DNA from: an uncultured Gemmataceae bacterium | GTDB taxonomy: Bacteria; Planctomycetota; Planctomycetia; Gemmatales; Gemmataceae | Reading direction: 5' to 3' | Assembly: GCA_963750165.1 (NCBI GenBank) | Contig: CAVVPN010000003.1 | Location: 3,136,001-3,200,000, forward strand | DNA: 64,000 bases | Part shown: piece after piece, positions 46,071 through 57,600 of the stretch | Position numbering within the stretch: the stretch's first letter is position 1 | Layout of the letters: each line of letters opens with the position of its first letter | Made by a program: the position numbers and the translations under genes | The notes under the pieces: model-generated | Told to the model about the DNA's origin: nothing | The model's database searches: none | What the model saw: the letters and a program-made list of their open reading frames with translations, nothing else

Positions 46071-47624
46071 CTATTTCACCTCCGGTGACCGATCCCCCTG
46101 CGGGGAGAAACTACCCTGGCGCTGGCCCACGGCGTAGTCCAGGCGCGCCAGGGCGGCCAGGTACGTGTAGGTGGCCGAGAAAAACCGCTGCTGTGATCGA
46201 GTCAAGGCGGCCTCGCTGTCCACGATGTCGGTCGGGGTGGCATTGCCGTTGCGATAGCGGACCCGAAGCAGGCGCAGGTTTTCCTCAGCCTGGACGACGG
46301 CGACCCGCGCCAGGTCGATGCGTTCGCGGGCGGCCATCACGGCGCGGTACGCCAGGTTCACCTGCAGGCTGATGGCGTCCAGGATGACCTGGGCGTCGGC
46401 GATGGCGGCTTCGATGTCCGCCTCGGCCGAGCGCATATCGCCGAGCCGCCGGCCGCCAGCGTAGAGAGGTGCCTCCAGGTGCAGGCCGGCCCCTTCCTGC
46501 CAGCCGGTAATCACGTTTTGCCCGTCGGTATGGCCCGCAACGGCCCGGACGAAGATTCGCGGCAGGAACTCGGCCCGCGCCACTTGCCGGCCCTCCTGGG
46601 CGGCCGCCACCGCTTGCCGGGCCAGGCCGACCTCCGGGCGCTCGGCGGCGGCCCACTCCAGGAGGGAGGCCAGCGCGCCGGGCAAGGGCGGTTGCACTTC
46701 CAGGTCGATCACCTCCAGCGGCCAGCCGGCGTTGCGTCCCATGGCGTTGTTCAGGCGGGCGACCGAGCCCCACTCCCGTTCCCGGGCCAGGACGAGGGCC
46801 TCACGGCTCTCCGACAGCTGGACCTCGGCACGCAGCACGTTCTCCTTGAGCGCGACGCCGCCCTTGCGCCGGGCCACCGTGTCGTGCAGCGTCACCTCGG
46901 CCCGACGAACGGCGTCCTCTTGCACCCGGCGGGACGCACGGGCCAGCAGGACATCCAGGTAAGTCGCGGCCACGTCGAATTCTATGGTTTGCTTGGCCCG
47001 GATGAGCTGAAGTTCCGCGATGCGCTCGCGCGCGATTGCCTGGCGGTAGCGGCCGCCGGTCCGCCCGAAGTCGTACAGGGTCCATTGCAGCCCCACCTCG
47101 GTTTGCGCATACATCCGAGTCGCGATGCCATTCGCCAGGAGGAATCCCGTGGGCCCAGGGACGCCGGGAGCCAGGGTGCCGGAGGTGGTGCCGTCCTGTG
47201 CCAGGATATCGATTTGCGGCAAAAACGGGGCGAAGGCCACTTGCTCCTGGCCGCGGGCGCGTTCGATGGCGGCACGGGCCGACCGCAGCCGAGGGTTGTG
47301 CCGCAGGCCGAAGGCGATGGCGTCGGCCAGCGAGAAGGTCGTCCGCTCGAGTTCGAGGCCGTTGTTCACAGGCGGCCCCAGGGTCGCCTGGCCAGGAGGG
47401 CCAGGTTTGATGACGGTTTCCGCCGGGTTGACATTCAGGTCAGTCGGGACCAGGAGGCGAGCCGCCACGCCAGCCTGGGCGACTTCCGGCGGGATGGGCA
47501 ACGGCCGAGACCAGGAGGCACAACCCGCGACCAGCAGCAGCGGCAGCAGTACGCGCGCCCGGCCATGGCGCCGCGGCACGGCAGCCGTGGGAGTTGAGGG
47601 CCGGGGTGAGGCGATGCACGCCAC
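46071..47624 (-). CDS. TolC-family outer membrane efflux lipoprotein
   Basis: Lipobox-like LLVAGC; 'SLADAIAFGLRHNP', 'AFAPFLPQI', 'LYDFGR', 'RYRNGNATPTDIVD'. Start uncertain; GTG 47624 has a GAGGA RBS. Confidence 0.88.
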   Translation of the reverse strand: MACIASPRPSTPTAAVPRRHGRARVLLPLLLVAGCASWSRPLPIPPEVAQAGVAARLLVPTDLNVNPAETVIKPGPPGQATLGPPVNNGLELERTTFSLADAIAFGLRHNPRLRSARAAIERARGQEQVAFAPFLPQIDILAQDGTTSGTLAPGVPGPTGFLLANGIATRMYAQTEVGLQWTLYDFGRTGGRYRQAIARERIAELQLIRAKQTIEFDVAATYLDVLLARASRRVQEDAVRRAEVTLHDTVARRKGGVALKENVLRAEVQLSESREALVLAREREWGSVARLNNAMGRNAGWPLEVIDLEVQPPLPGALASLLEWAAAERPEVGLARQAVAAAQEGRQVARAEFLPRIFVRAVAGHTDGQNVITGWQEGAGLHLEAPLYAGGRRLGDMRSAEADIEAAIADAQVILDAISLQVNLAYRAVMAARERIDLARVAVVQAEENLRLLRVRYRNGNATPTDIVDSEAALTRSQQRFFSATYTYLAALARLDYAVGQRQGSFSPQGDRSPEVK

Positions 47625-47796
47625 AAGGAGTCCTCTTCTCGGCAGGACGACACCTGGCTGGAACGCGACCCTCGGTGGATGCCAGGACATGGCGATCAAG
47701 ACGAATGGATGCTGACTGTATTATCGGCACAATCGATACGAGGCTTTACTCCACCCTTCAACCACCCAGACACCCCATTCTGCCAGGCACCTGGGG

Positions 47797-47902
47797 GGTG
47801 ACGGCGTCAGCCTGGACGCGCAAGGCGATCTGGTGGCGCAGACCGCCGCCGGCACCGTGCCCCAGCTTGCCTCGGTGGCCTACCAGGAGACCGACGGCGC
47901 CC
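47797..47902 (+). pseudogene. Remnant of a secreted SBBP-repeat-type surface protein N-terminal domain
   Basis: Isolated coding-like stretch GDGVSLDAQGDLVAQTAAGTVPQLASVAYQETDGA with no start or RBS; resembles the 'LDAxGxLVLxTxxG....PxAYQxxDG' segment of that family. Confidence 0.55.
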
Positions 47903-48065
47903 ACCACCCAAAAAGTTCTCCAGCCAGCGGACCCTAACGCCCTTGCTGGGGTTCAATGCTTAACGAAAGCTCCGGCCAGCGAACCTGTGCCAGCCTCAGC
48001 ATGACGATTTGGTGACTTTCGACGTCCCCCCCAGGGGTCAGCCGGCGTGCGGGTTCCTTGTAAGG

Positions 48066-48126
48066 AATGAAAAAATTTTTCATTTTTCCGATTTTTCCTT
48101 GTATTCGCCAAAACATTTCTTACTCT
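48066..48126 (+). promoter_or_regulatory. AT-rich palindrome plus sigma70-like promoter upstream of the giant gene
   Basis: Perfect palindrome AATGAAAAA-A-TTTTTCATT (48066-48084); TTGTAT(48099)-16 nt-TACTCT(48121). Confidence 0.5.
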
Positions 48127-48606
48127 AACTTCCCTGGACAGAAATGTCTATTTAACCATGTGTGCGAAGCCACGCTTTCCAGCCTGGTGACGAAGGATTC
48201 GCAACCGTACACGATTAAAAGTTCGCCCTAGCCGATCCCGGGCTCTCCTGTTTCCCCGGTGTCAATCAGTCCGCTGCGCGTTGGCTCCTTTTAGGAAGCA
48301 TGCCGCGGTGTGCGTTGAATGGGTGTCCGGTTGGGTCCTGTAAGCGTTTGTCGATTCGGCATTTGGGACCGGCGAGGCTCGCTATCGGGTTCTTCTTTCT
48401 CTCCCTGCGGCGTGCGGCCTTGGTCCCGAGGCAAAGCTTGCCGCACGTGTGTCTTGTTTTATCGGAATTGTTCCGAACATCCTTGCGCCCACAAAACCAG
48501 TGAAGTTGGACTGCGACCGACCCGGTCCCTCCCCACTTAATGCGCGGGTTCTGAAGACCCCCGCCGATGCTCAATTATCCTTACCCTTGCAACAAGAGAG
48601 TTACCC

Positions 48607-51600
48607 ATGTCTTTCCCGTCGTGGCGTCAGTTGGTGCAGCGGTCTCGTCGCAACGCCGGTGTCGCCGGCCAGAAACGCCGTCCGGCCCTGGCCGGGCACT
48701 TCTTCCGCGGCCTCTGGCTCGAGGCCCTGGAAGACCGCACGCTCCTCTCGACGTACCAGTGGACCGGCGCCAGTTCGGCCCTGTGGAACGTCGCCGGCAA
48801 CTGGACCGGGGGCCCCGCCGGCACCTTCCCCACTGCCGCTGGCGACATCGCCCAGTTCACCGGCACCATCACCGGCAGCACCACGGCCACCGTCAACGCC
48901 GCCATCACCGTCGGCGAGATTGACTTCAACACCGCCAGCAACATCACCATCAACAATACCGGCGGCAACGTCCTGACCCTGGACAACACCGGCGGCGGCA
49001 GCGCCAACGCCATCCTGAACGTCGCCGCCACCAACACCGGCACGCAGGTGATCAGTGCCCCGCTGGCTGTCGCAACCGCCACGCCGCTGACCGCGACTGT
49101 CTCCGGCGGCACGCTGCAACTGACCAACACCGCCACCGGCGCCACCGCCAACGTCATCGGCAGCACGAGCACGTTTACCGTCAACACCGGCGGCACCCTG
49201 CGCGAAAGCGCCGCGGGCTCGGGCTCCCTGACCACGGCCAACCTCACGGACACCGGCGCCCTGGGCAGCGCCGGGCTCACCCTGGCGGGCGGCTCCCTGG
49301 TCATCGACCCGACCGCGTCCACCGCGGCCAACGGCGTGGCCAGCAAGTACATCGTCCAGACCAGCAACCAGATCAACGGCAACGACTTCGTGAACGCGGC
49401 GGCGATCACCGGCGCACCGACCTTCCAGACCAGCGCCGTCGCCGCCGCCCCGGGCCTGGCCAACAGCTTCGCCTTCGGCACCAACGCCCCCGGCACCGGC
49501 CAGTCCTTCGGCGCCAATGTCCCGACCACCAACTTCGCTGCCGTGTGGAACGGCATGCTCCCAATCACCTCGCCGGGGCCCACCACCTTCACCTCGACCA
49601 GCGACGACGCCATGAAGGTCTACGTCGATGGTATGCTCGTGGTCAACAATGACGGTTCCCACGGGCCCACTGGCCAGGCCTCGGGCACGATCAACCTGAC
49701 GCCCGGCCTGCACAACCTGCGCGTGCTCTACGCCCAGAGCAGCGGCGGCGACGAGGCCCTGCTCAGTTACACGCCGGCCGGCGGCACCGCGCAGCCGATC
49801 CCCTTCACCTCCCTGTACACGCCCGACCCGCTCAACCTCGGCAACGCCGTCACCGTGTCGTCTGCCTCGACCATCACGCTCAACGGCGGCAACTTCACCG
49901 CCGTCGGTCTGGGCACCCTGGCCCTCAACGCCAGCCTGACGGTGAACGCCCAGGCGGGCAAGCGCCTGAACTTCAGCGGCGCCACCACCACCTCCACCAG
50001 TTCGGTCACCCTGAACGACAGCGCCGACGTGGGCTTTGTCAGCAGCTACAGCGCCTACCCCTACACCGCCGGCGTGGTCAACCTGCCGGGCGTCACCCTG
50101 GTCAAGCAGGGCGCCGGCCAGCTTATCCTCGACAACACCAACGCCACCTCCTCGAACATCTTCACCGGTTCGACCCTCGACATCCAGGCTGGCCGCGTGG
50201 TGGCCGTCGGCAGCAACACCGCCACCTTCAACGCGGACCCGCTGGGCACCGCCGCCGTCACCATCGACGGCGGCACGCTGTCGCTGGACACGAGCAACGG
50301 CCCCATCACCTTCGATAACGCCGTGGCCGTCACCAACTCCGGCACCCTGGAAGACCAGGCCAACGCGGCGACGCTGATGCTGGGCAGTGCCACGACCACC
50401 AACACCATGAGCATCGCCACCGGCAAGACCCTGACCGTCAACACCTTCGGCGGCTCGCCCCCGGCGCTGGGTAACGCCGCCGGCGCCACCCTGCAGATCA
50501 ACGAGCCCATCAGCGGCGGGGGCGCGCTGGTCGTGAACAGCATCCCGTTCAGCACCACCGCCAACGCCGGCACGGTGATCCTCAACCCGGTGGCCGACAG
50601 CACGTTCACGGGTGGCCTGACCGTCAACGGCGGCCTCGTGAAAGACACGGCCGAGAACGGCCTGGGGGCGGGCCCCGTGGTCGTGAGCGCCAGCAAACAG
50701 GTCACCATCGTCGGCGCCGGCACCGCCACCACCGTCACCGGCTTCACCGTGAAATCGGGCGCCACGCTGCTGGCCGACACCCCCTCCGCCCCAGGCGGCG
50801 CCGGCGGCGGCGTGATGAACGGCGACTTCGAGACCGGCGACCTCACCGGCTGGACGGCGGGGCAGAACGTCACCAACGGCGTCAACGGCCTGCCCACCAT
50901 CACCACGGCGGTCGTCCACACCGGCATGTACGCCGTCGCGATCGGCAACTTCGGCGCGTACCCGTCCCCGGAACCCCTGGGCGACGACTACCTCACGCAG
51001 GTCGTGACTGTGCCGACCAGCAGCCCGAGCTTGACCTTCTGGACCAACGAATACACGACGGACTCGATCTCCTACGACTGGCAGGACGCATACATCATGG
51101 ACGCCACCGGCACCACGCTGCTGGCCACCATCTTCCACGTCTGCCAAACCCAGGGCTGGACCCAGACCACCTTCGACATGACGCCCTACGCCGGCATGAC
51201 CGTGACCATTGAGTTCCTGGTCCACCAGGACGGCTACGGCGATGACACCGGCATGTACGTCGATGATGTCGTCCTCTCTGGCAGCGGCAGCGGCACCACC
51301 ACCTACATGCCCCGCTTCAGCCCCACCGCCGCCGTGAACCTGCAGGGCGGCAGCTTCACCTACAAAAGCGGTGTCGGCGGCACCACCAACGAGACCCTCG
51401 GGGCCATCAACGTCCAGAGCGGCTTGTCCACCGTCACCCTGAATTCGCAGGGCAGCGGCAGCTTGAACGTGGTGGCGGACAGCCTGAACGAGGCCGCCGG
51501 GGCGGCCGTCAACTTCGTCGGCCAGGGGGCCGTCCTGGGCACGGCCAACAATAACCTGACCTTCACCACCGCCCCGACGCAGACCAACGGCATCATCGCC

Positions 51601-54600
51601 GGGGCCTACATCGGCGGCAGCGATTTCGCCGTCTACAACCAGGGCGGCCAGACCGGCCTCTCGGCCTCCGTCGGCTCCCCCGGTGCCGGCCCGAACGTTG
51701 TGGCCAACCCCGGCTTCGAGACGGGCGACTTCACCGGCTGGACAACGGGCGGCGGCAACCCGACGCCGATGGTCTCCACCGCGGTAACGAATTCGGGCAC
51801 GTACTCCGCCGCACTGGGCAGTTTCCTCCCTTACCCGGCTTCGGAACCGCTGGGCGACAGCACCCTTTCCCAGGTGGTCAACGTGCCCGCTGCCAGCGAC
51901 GCCCCGGTTTTGACCTTCTGGACCAACGAGTACACGACGGACTCGATCTCCTACGACTGGCAGGACGCATACATCAAGGATGCGACGGGCACCACGCTGC
52001 TGGCCACCATCTTCCACGTCTGCCAAACCCAGGGCTGGACCCAGACCACCTTCAACATGGCGCCCTACGCCGGCATGACCGTGACCATTGAGTTCCTGGT
52101 CCACCAGGACGGCTTCGGCGACGACACCGGCATGTATGTCGATGATGTCTCCCTCGCAGGCACCATCATTCCCTACTACGCCACCACCCTGGTCGGCGCC
52201 ACCGCCACCAGCAACGTCAAGCTCACCAGCAACGATGTCATCCCGACGGGCGGCTTGACAGTCAACGCGCTCATCATCGCCGGCAACGGCATCACGGTCA
52301 CGGGTGCCCCGGGCAACAGCCTGACCATCGGCGACCAGACGCTCCTGGTCACCGGCGGCGCCGACGCCATCAACGCCCCGTTGAGCCTGGGCACGACCGG
52401 CACCACCGCTGTCATCGCCAACGCCGGGGCGACCGCCACCTTCAACGGCCCCATCAGCGGCTCCAGCCTCACCGTGATGGGCGGCACCACCGTGCTCAAC
52501 GCCGCCGACACCTACACCGGCGGCACCACGCTGGAGTCGGGCACACTTACCATCGGCAACCCCACTGGCCTGGGCACCGGGGCGCTGAACCTCGTCAATG
52601 GCACCGTCCAGTCCAGCGTCGCCACCACGGTCAGCAACGCCGTCAACCTGAACAACGCCGGCGGCACCAACGGCACCGTGACCCTCGGCGGCAGCGCGCC
52701 GCTGACCTTCAGCGGCCAGGTCAACCTGACCGGCGCCAATACGCTTGTCGCTTCCAACCCGGCCGGCACCAACTTCTCCGGGTCGCTCAGCGGCACCGGC
52801 TCGCTGACCCTGGTTGGCGGCGCCAGCGGCGGCACCGTGGGCCTGTCGGGGGACAACAGCGGCTACACCGGCACCGGCACGGGCATCACCCTGGCGGGCG
52901 GCACCCTGGTCCTGGGTTCCAACAACGCCCTGGGCGGCGCCACCAGCGCGGCCACCCTCAGCGGCGGCACCATCCTGGCCAGCACCGCGGTCACCCTGCC
53001 CGTGCCGATCCTCGTCAACGGCCCGGTGACGTTCGGCGGCAACAACGCCATCACCCTCAGCGGCCCCATCACCACGGCTGGCGCCGCGCTCACGGTCAAC
53101 AACAGCACCACGATCACCGGCGCCGTCACCGGCTCGCTGGAACTGGTGGGCGGCTCGGGCACGCTGGCGCTGGGCAACGCCGCCACGGTCAGTGGCGCCA
53201 CCACGGTGGCCGGCGGCACCCTGAGCGTGGGCAGCGCCGCCCCGCTCGGCACCGGCACGCTCTGGCTCTCCGGCGGCACCGTGCTGCCGACCGCCGCCGG
53301 TCTGACGTTCAGCAACCCCGTGCAACTCAGCGGTTCGCCGACCATCGGTGGTACCGTTGCCAACGCCGCCACCTTCAGCGGCCCCGTCACCCTGGCGGGC
53401 CCCACCACCCTCACGGTGGCCAACAGCGCCACCGTCACCGGCGCCATCAGCGGCGGGCCCACGGCGGGCCTGACCCTGGCCGGCGGCACCCTCAACCTGC
53501 AAGGCGCCAGCACCTTCACCGGCACCACCAACATCAGCGGCGGCAACCTCGTGCTCAATGGCGCCAACGGGGCGCTGACGGCGACCGCCGGCATCATCCT
53601 GAACCAGGGCGGCACCCTGACGCTGGACGACTCCGCCACCAATAACACCAGCCGCATCAACGCCACCGCCCCCATCACCGTCAACGGCGGCAACCTGGCC
53701 CTGATCGGCAACGGCACCGCTCTCACAGTGCAGCCGCTGGGGGTGGTCACGTTTAACAGCGGTCTTTCGACGATTTCGGTGAACACCACCGGCCCGGGCG
53801 CGGCGTTCAGCCCCGCCGACCTGAACCGCAATCAGGGGGCCACCATCAACCTCACCGGCAACAGCTGGGCAACCACTGCCACCGGGACCATCCTGCCCTA
53901 CGCCACGGTGAACGGCACCACCTGGGCGGTGCTGACATCCACCGGCGCTGCCGGCTTCACCGGCTACACGACCAGCCTGCCCACCGGCGGCGGCACCGGC
54001 ACCGAGAACGTCAAGCTGACCGGCGGCACCACCACGGTCACGCAGAACACCACGATCTTCTCGCTCGTCCTGGCCAACGGCGCCAACCTGACCATCAGCC
54101 CAGGCGTGACGCTGACCATCGTCAGCGGCGGCGTGCTGGTCACCGGTGGCAGCAGCACGGTCAGCGGCGGCATCCTGGCCCTGGGCAGCAACGCCACCAC
54201 GGATGGCGTCCTGATTACCGACGTTGCCACCACCAGCCTGACGATCAACAGCACCATCGCCGGCAGCGGCGGCCTGACGATCAGCGGCGCCGGCACGATC
54301 ACCCTGAACGCGGCCAACACCTACACCGGGGCGAACGCAGTCAACGGCGGCACGCTGATCCTCGGCAACGCCTCGGCCCTGAGCCTGGGCACCCTGACCC
54401 TGACCGCCGGCACCCTGCAAACCTCGGTCAGCGGCGGCCTGACCTTGCAGAACGGGGTTGTGCTGAACAACAGCAACGTCACCATCGGCGGCACCAACGC
54501 CATCACGTTCCAGCCGCCCGCCATCAGTTCCCTCAGCCCCGGCTGGACGATGTTCCAGGACGCCAACCCCGGCGGCACCGGCAACATTAAAGCCCAGTTC

Positions 54601-57600
54601 GGGATTGAGTCGGGCGTGGTCAACTCGGGGTCATATGCCGTCCTGCTCGGCAACACCGTGGGCAGCCAGGAACCGAACGGGTCCGCCTACCTCCAGCAGA
54701 CTGTGGCCGTGCCGGCCGGCACCCCACAGCTGACCTTCTGGACCAACAGAGGCACGACCGACAGTATCACCTTCGACTGGCAGGATGTGCAAATCCTGAG
54801 CCCCGCCGCCCCGCTCAGCATCGTCAGTGCCATCCAGTCGGGCACCACCGTCACCGTCACCACCTCGATACCCCACGGGTTCACCGTTGGGGAATCGGTC
54901 CTGATGGGGGGCATCAACTCAGGCACGGGCGACATCGGCCTCAACGGCACCTACACGATCACGTCCGTCCCCTCGCCCACGACCTTCACCTACGTCCAGC
55001 CGAATATCTCCGGCGCCAGCGGCACCGGCGGCACCGTGAGCCTGGTGCTGGCCACCATCTTCCACAACTGCGTGACCCAGGGGTGGACCCAGACCACGTT
55101 CGACATGACCCCCTTCGCGGGCCAGACCGTGATCCTGTCCTTCCTGACCCACGGGGATGGCTTCGGCGACACCACCTTCATGTACGTCGATGACATCTCC
55201 CTGACCGACGGGATGGGTGGCCCCAACGTCGTGGTCAACCCCGGCTTCGAGGCCCCGCCCACGGTGGTTGGCGGCTTCGCCCTGAACGGACTGAACAACA
55301 CGCTCACGGTCGGCAACGCCGCTGGCACGCCTCAGGTCGCCATCAACGGCGTGGTCTTCACCGAGTCCGGGGCGGTCGGCAACCTGATCAAGTCCGGCCC
55401 CGGCACGCTGGTCCTGAACAGCAGCGCCAACACCTACTCCGGCCAGACCGTCGTCAACCAGGGTGTGCTGCAGCTGAATAACACCACGGTCACGTCCGGC
55501 ATCGTCCCGTACACCTCGCCGCTGGGCAGCACCCTTACCGGCGCGCCCACGGTGGTCGCCAGCGGCGCCAGCCTGCAGCTCCTCGGCTCGGGCATGAACT
55601 TTTACAACCCGCTCGTCCTGAGCGGCAACGGCGTCAGCGGCAACGGCGCCCTGGAGAACCTGGCCGGCGGCAACAACACCTGGTCCGGCAATGTCATCTT
55701 GAACGGTAACGCCAGCATCGGCGCGGACGCGGGCACCACGCTGTCCCTTACCGCGGGCGTGCTCAACGGCCAGGCCTCCGGCGGCCTCAGCGGCACCGGC
55801 ACCCTGACCAAGGTGGGGAGCGGCACGCTGGCCGCCGCCAGCAGCAGCACCATCAACAACTTCGGCAGCACCGGCACGGGCTGGACGCTCAATGGCGGCG
55901 CCACCGTTTCTTCCAACATCCTCACGTTGACGGACAACGGCGGCAGCGAGGCCCGCTCCGCCTGGTACGATGTCCCGGTCAATACGGGCAGTTTCTCCGT
56001 CAGTTTCACGTACACCGTCGGGGGCAGCCTGGCGGCGGACGGTGCCGGCTTCGTCCTTCAAAGTCAAGGGCTTACCGCCCTGGGAGCGGGCGGCGGCAGC
56101 AAGGGCTACGACGGCATCACCTCCAGCGTGGGGCTGATGTTCAACATTTATACCGGCGGGGGTGGGCCGATCGGCGTCAGCCTCGTGACCGGCGGGTCCG
56201 GTGCCAGCAACAACACCGCGTACACCCCCAGCACCCCGGTGAATCTGGCCAGTGGCGACCCGATCAACGTCACCCTGACGTATGACGGCACCACGCTGGC
56301 GGTCAGGCTCGTGGACCAGACCACCAGCAGCGTCTTCACCATCAACTACCTGGTCAACATCCCGGGCCTGGTCGGCAGCACCGCCTACATGGGCTTCACC
56401 GGCGGCACCGGCGGCGCGGCGTCCATCCAGACGATCAGCAATTTCGCCTTCGTATCGACCACGCCATCCTCGACCCAGACGGTCGCCACCTCGGCACCTC
56501 CTTTCACCGGCAACGTCGTCGTCGGCAGCGGCATCCTCAACGTCCAGAGCGGCCAGGCCCTCGGCCAGGCCACCAGCGCGGGTGGCGGTTCGGTCACGGT
56601 CAACGCCGGCGCCACGCTCCAGTTGCAGGGCGGCATCACCGTCGCCGGCAAGAACGTGACGCTGGCCGGCACCGGCTTCGGCAACGTCGCCGGTCAGACG
56701 GCGGCCCTGCCGCAGGGCGCCCTGGTCAGCCTCTCCGGCACCAACCTCTGGACCGGGAACATCGCCCTGACGGGCACGGTGGGCCTGACCGGCGGCTCTC
56801 TGCCACTGCTGTCCGCGACCAGCACCGGCACCCTGATCGGCGCCGCCGGCGGTTCGACACTGCAAATCGCCGGCGTCGTCAGCGGCACCGACTTCACCAA
56901 GGTCGGCGCCGGCGCCGTGCAGCTGCTCGACGTCAACACCTACACCGGCGCCACCACGGTCCTGGGCGGCAACCTGACGCTGTCGAACAACAACACCGCG
57001 GCCGTGGGCACGGCGACGGTCGCTGGCTCGGCCGTCAGCGGCGTCACCAGCACCGTCAACGGCGTCACCTACACCAACTTCTCGGCCGGTTCGTTGACGC
57101 TCAACCAGTTCGGCACCCTGGGCAGCGCCGCCGTCGCCATCGACCAGAGCGGCCAGGTCACGATTGACGACACCGCCGTCAACCAGCATCGCTTCACCAA
57201 TGCCACGGCGCCGAGCGTGACCTTCAACTCCGGCAGCTTTACCTTCCAGGCGAACAACGGCCCGGGGGCCGTTACGGCCGAAACCCTGGGCGCGGTCACG
57301 CTCGCCAGCGGCCAATCGACCATCAACGCCGGCTACACCGCGGCCCCGGTCACGGGCGCCGGCGGTTCGACGCTGACCTTCGCCAGCCTGGTGCGCACCC
57401 CGGGAGCCACGGTTAACTTCGTCGGTGGCACGGTCTCCGGGGGCGTGCAGGCCTCGCCGCTGGGCGTGATGACCAACGGCGCGCTCAACCAACTCGTCGT
57501 CACCACCGCCCCGACGACGGTGGGTAACGGCGGCGGCATCCTGCCCTACGCCGAGGTCAACGGCGGCACCGGCAGCGGCGACTTCGCCACCTACGGCACC

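Noticed and set aside
43768..47624. TolC-HlyD operon as a type I secretion system for the giant protein
   Set aside because: The inner membrane partner is FUSC-like, not an ABC transporter, and no RTX repeats were seen; small-molecule efflux is more likely.
51031..52149. Possible DGR template/variable repeat pair
   Set aside because: Mismatches are not adenine-specific, both copies are in-frame coding, and no reverse transcriptase is in the window.
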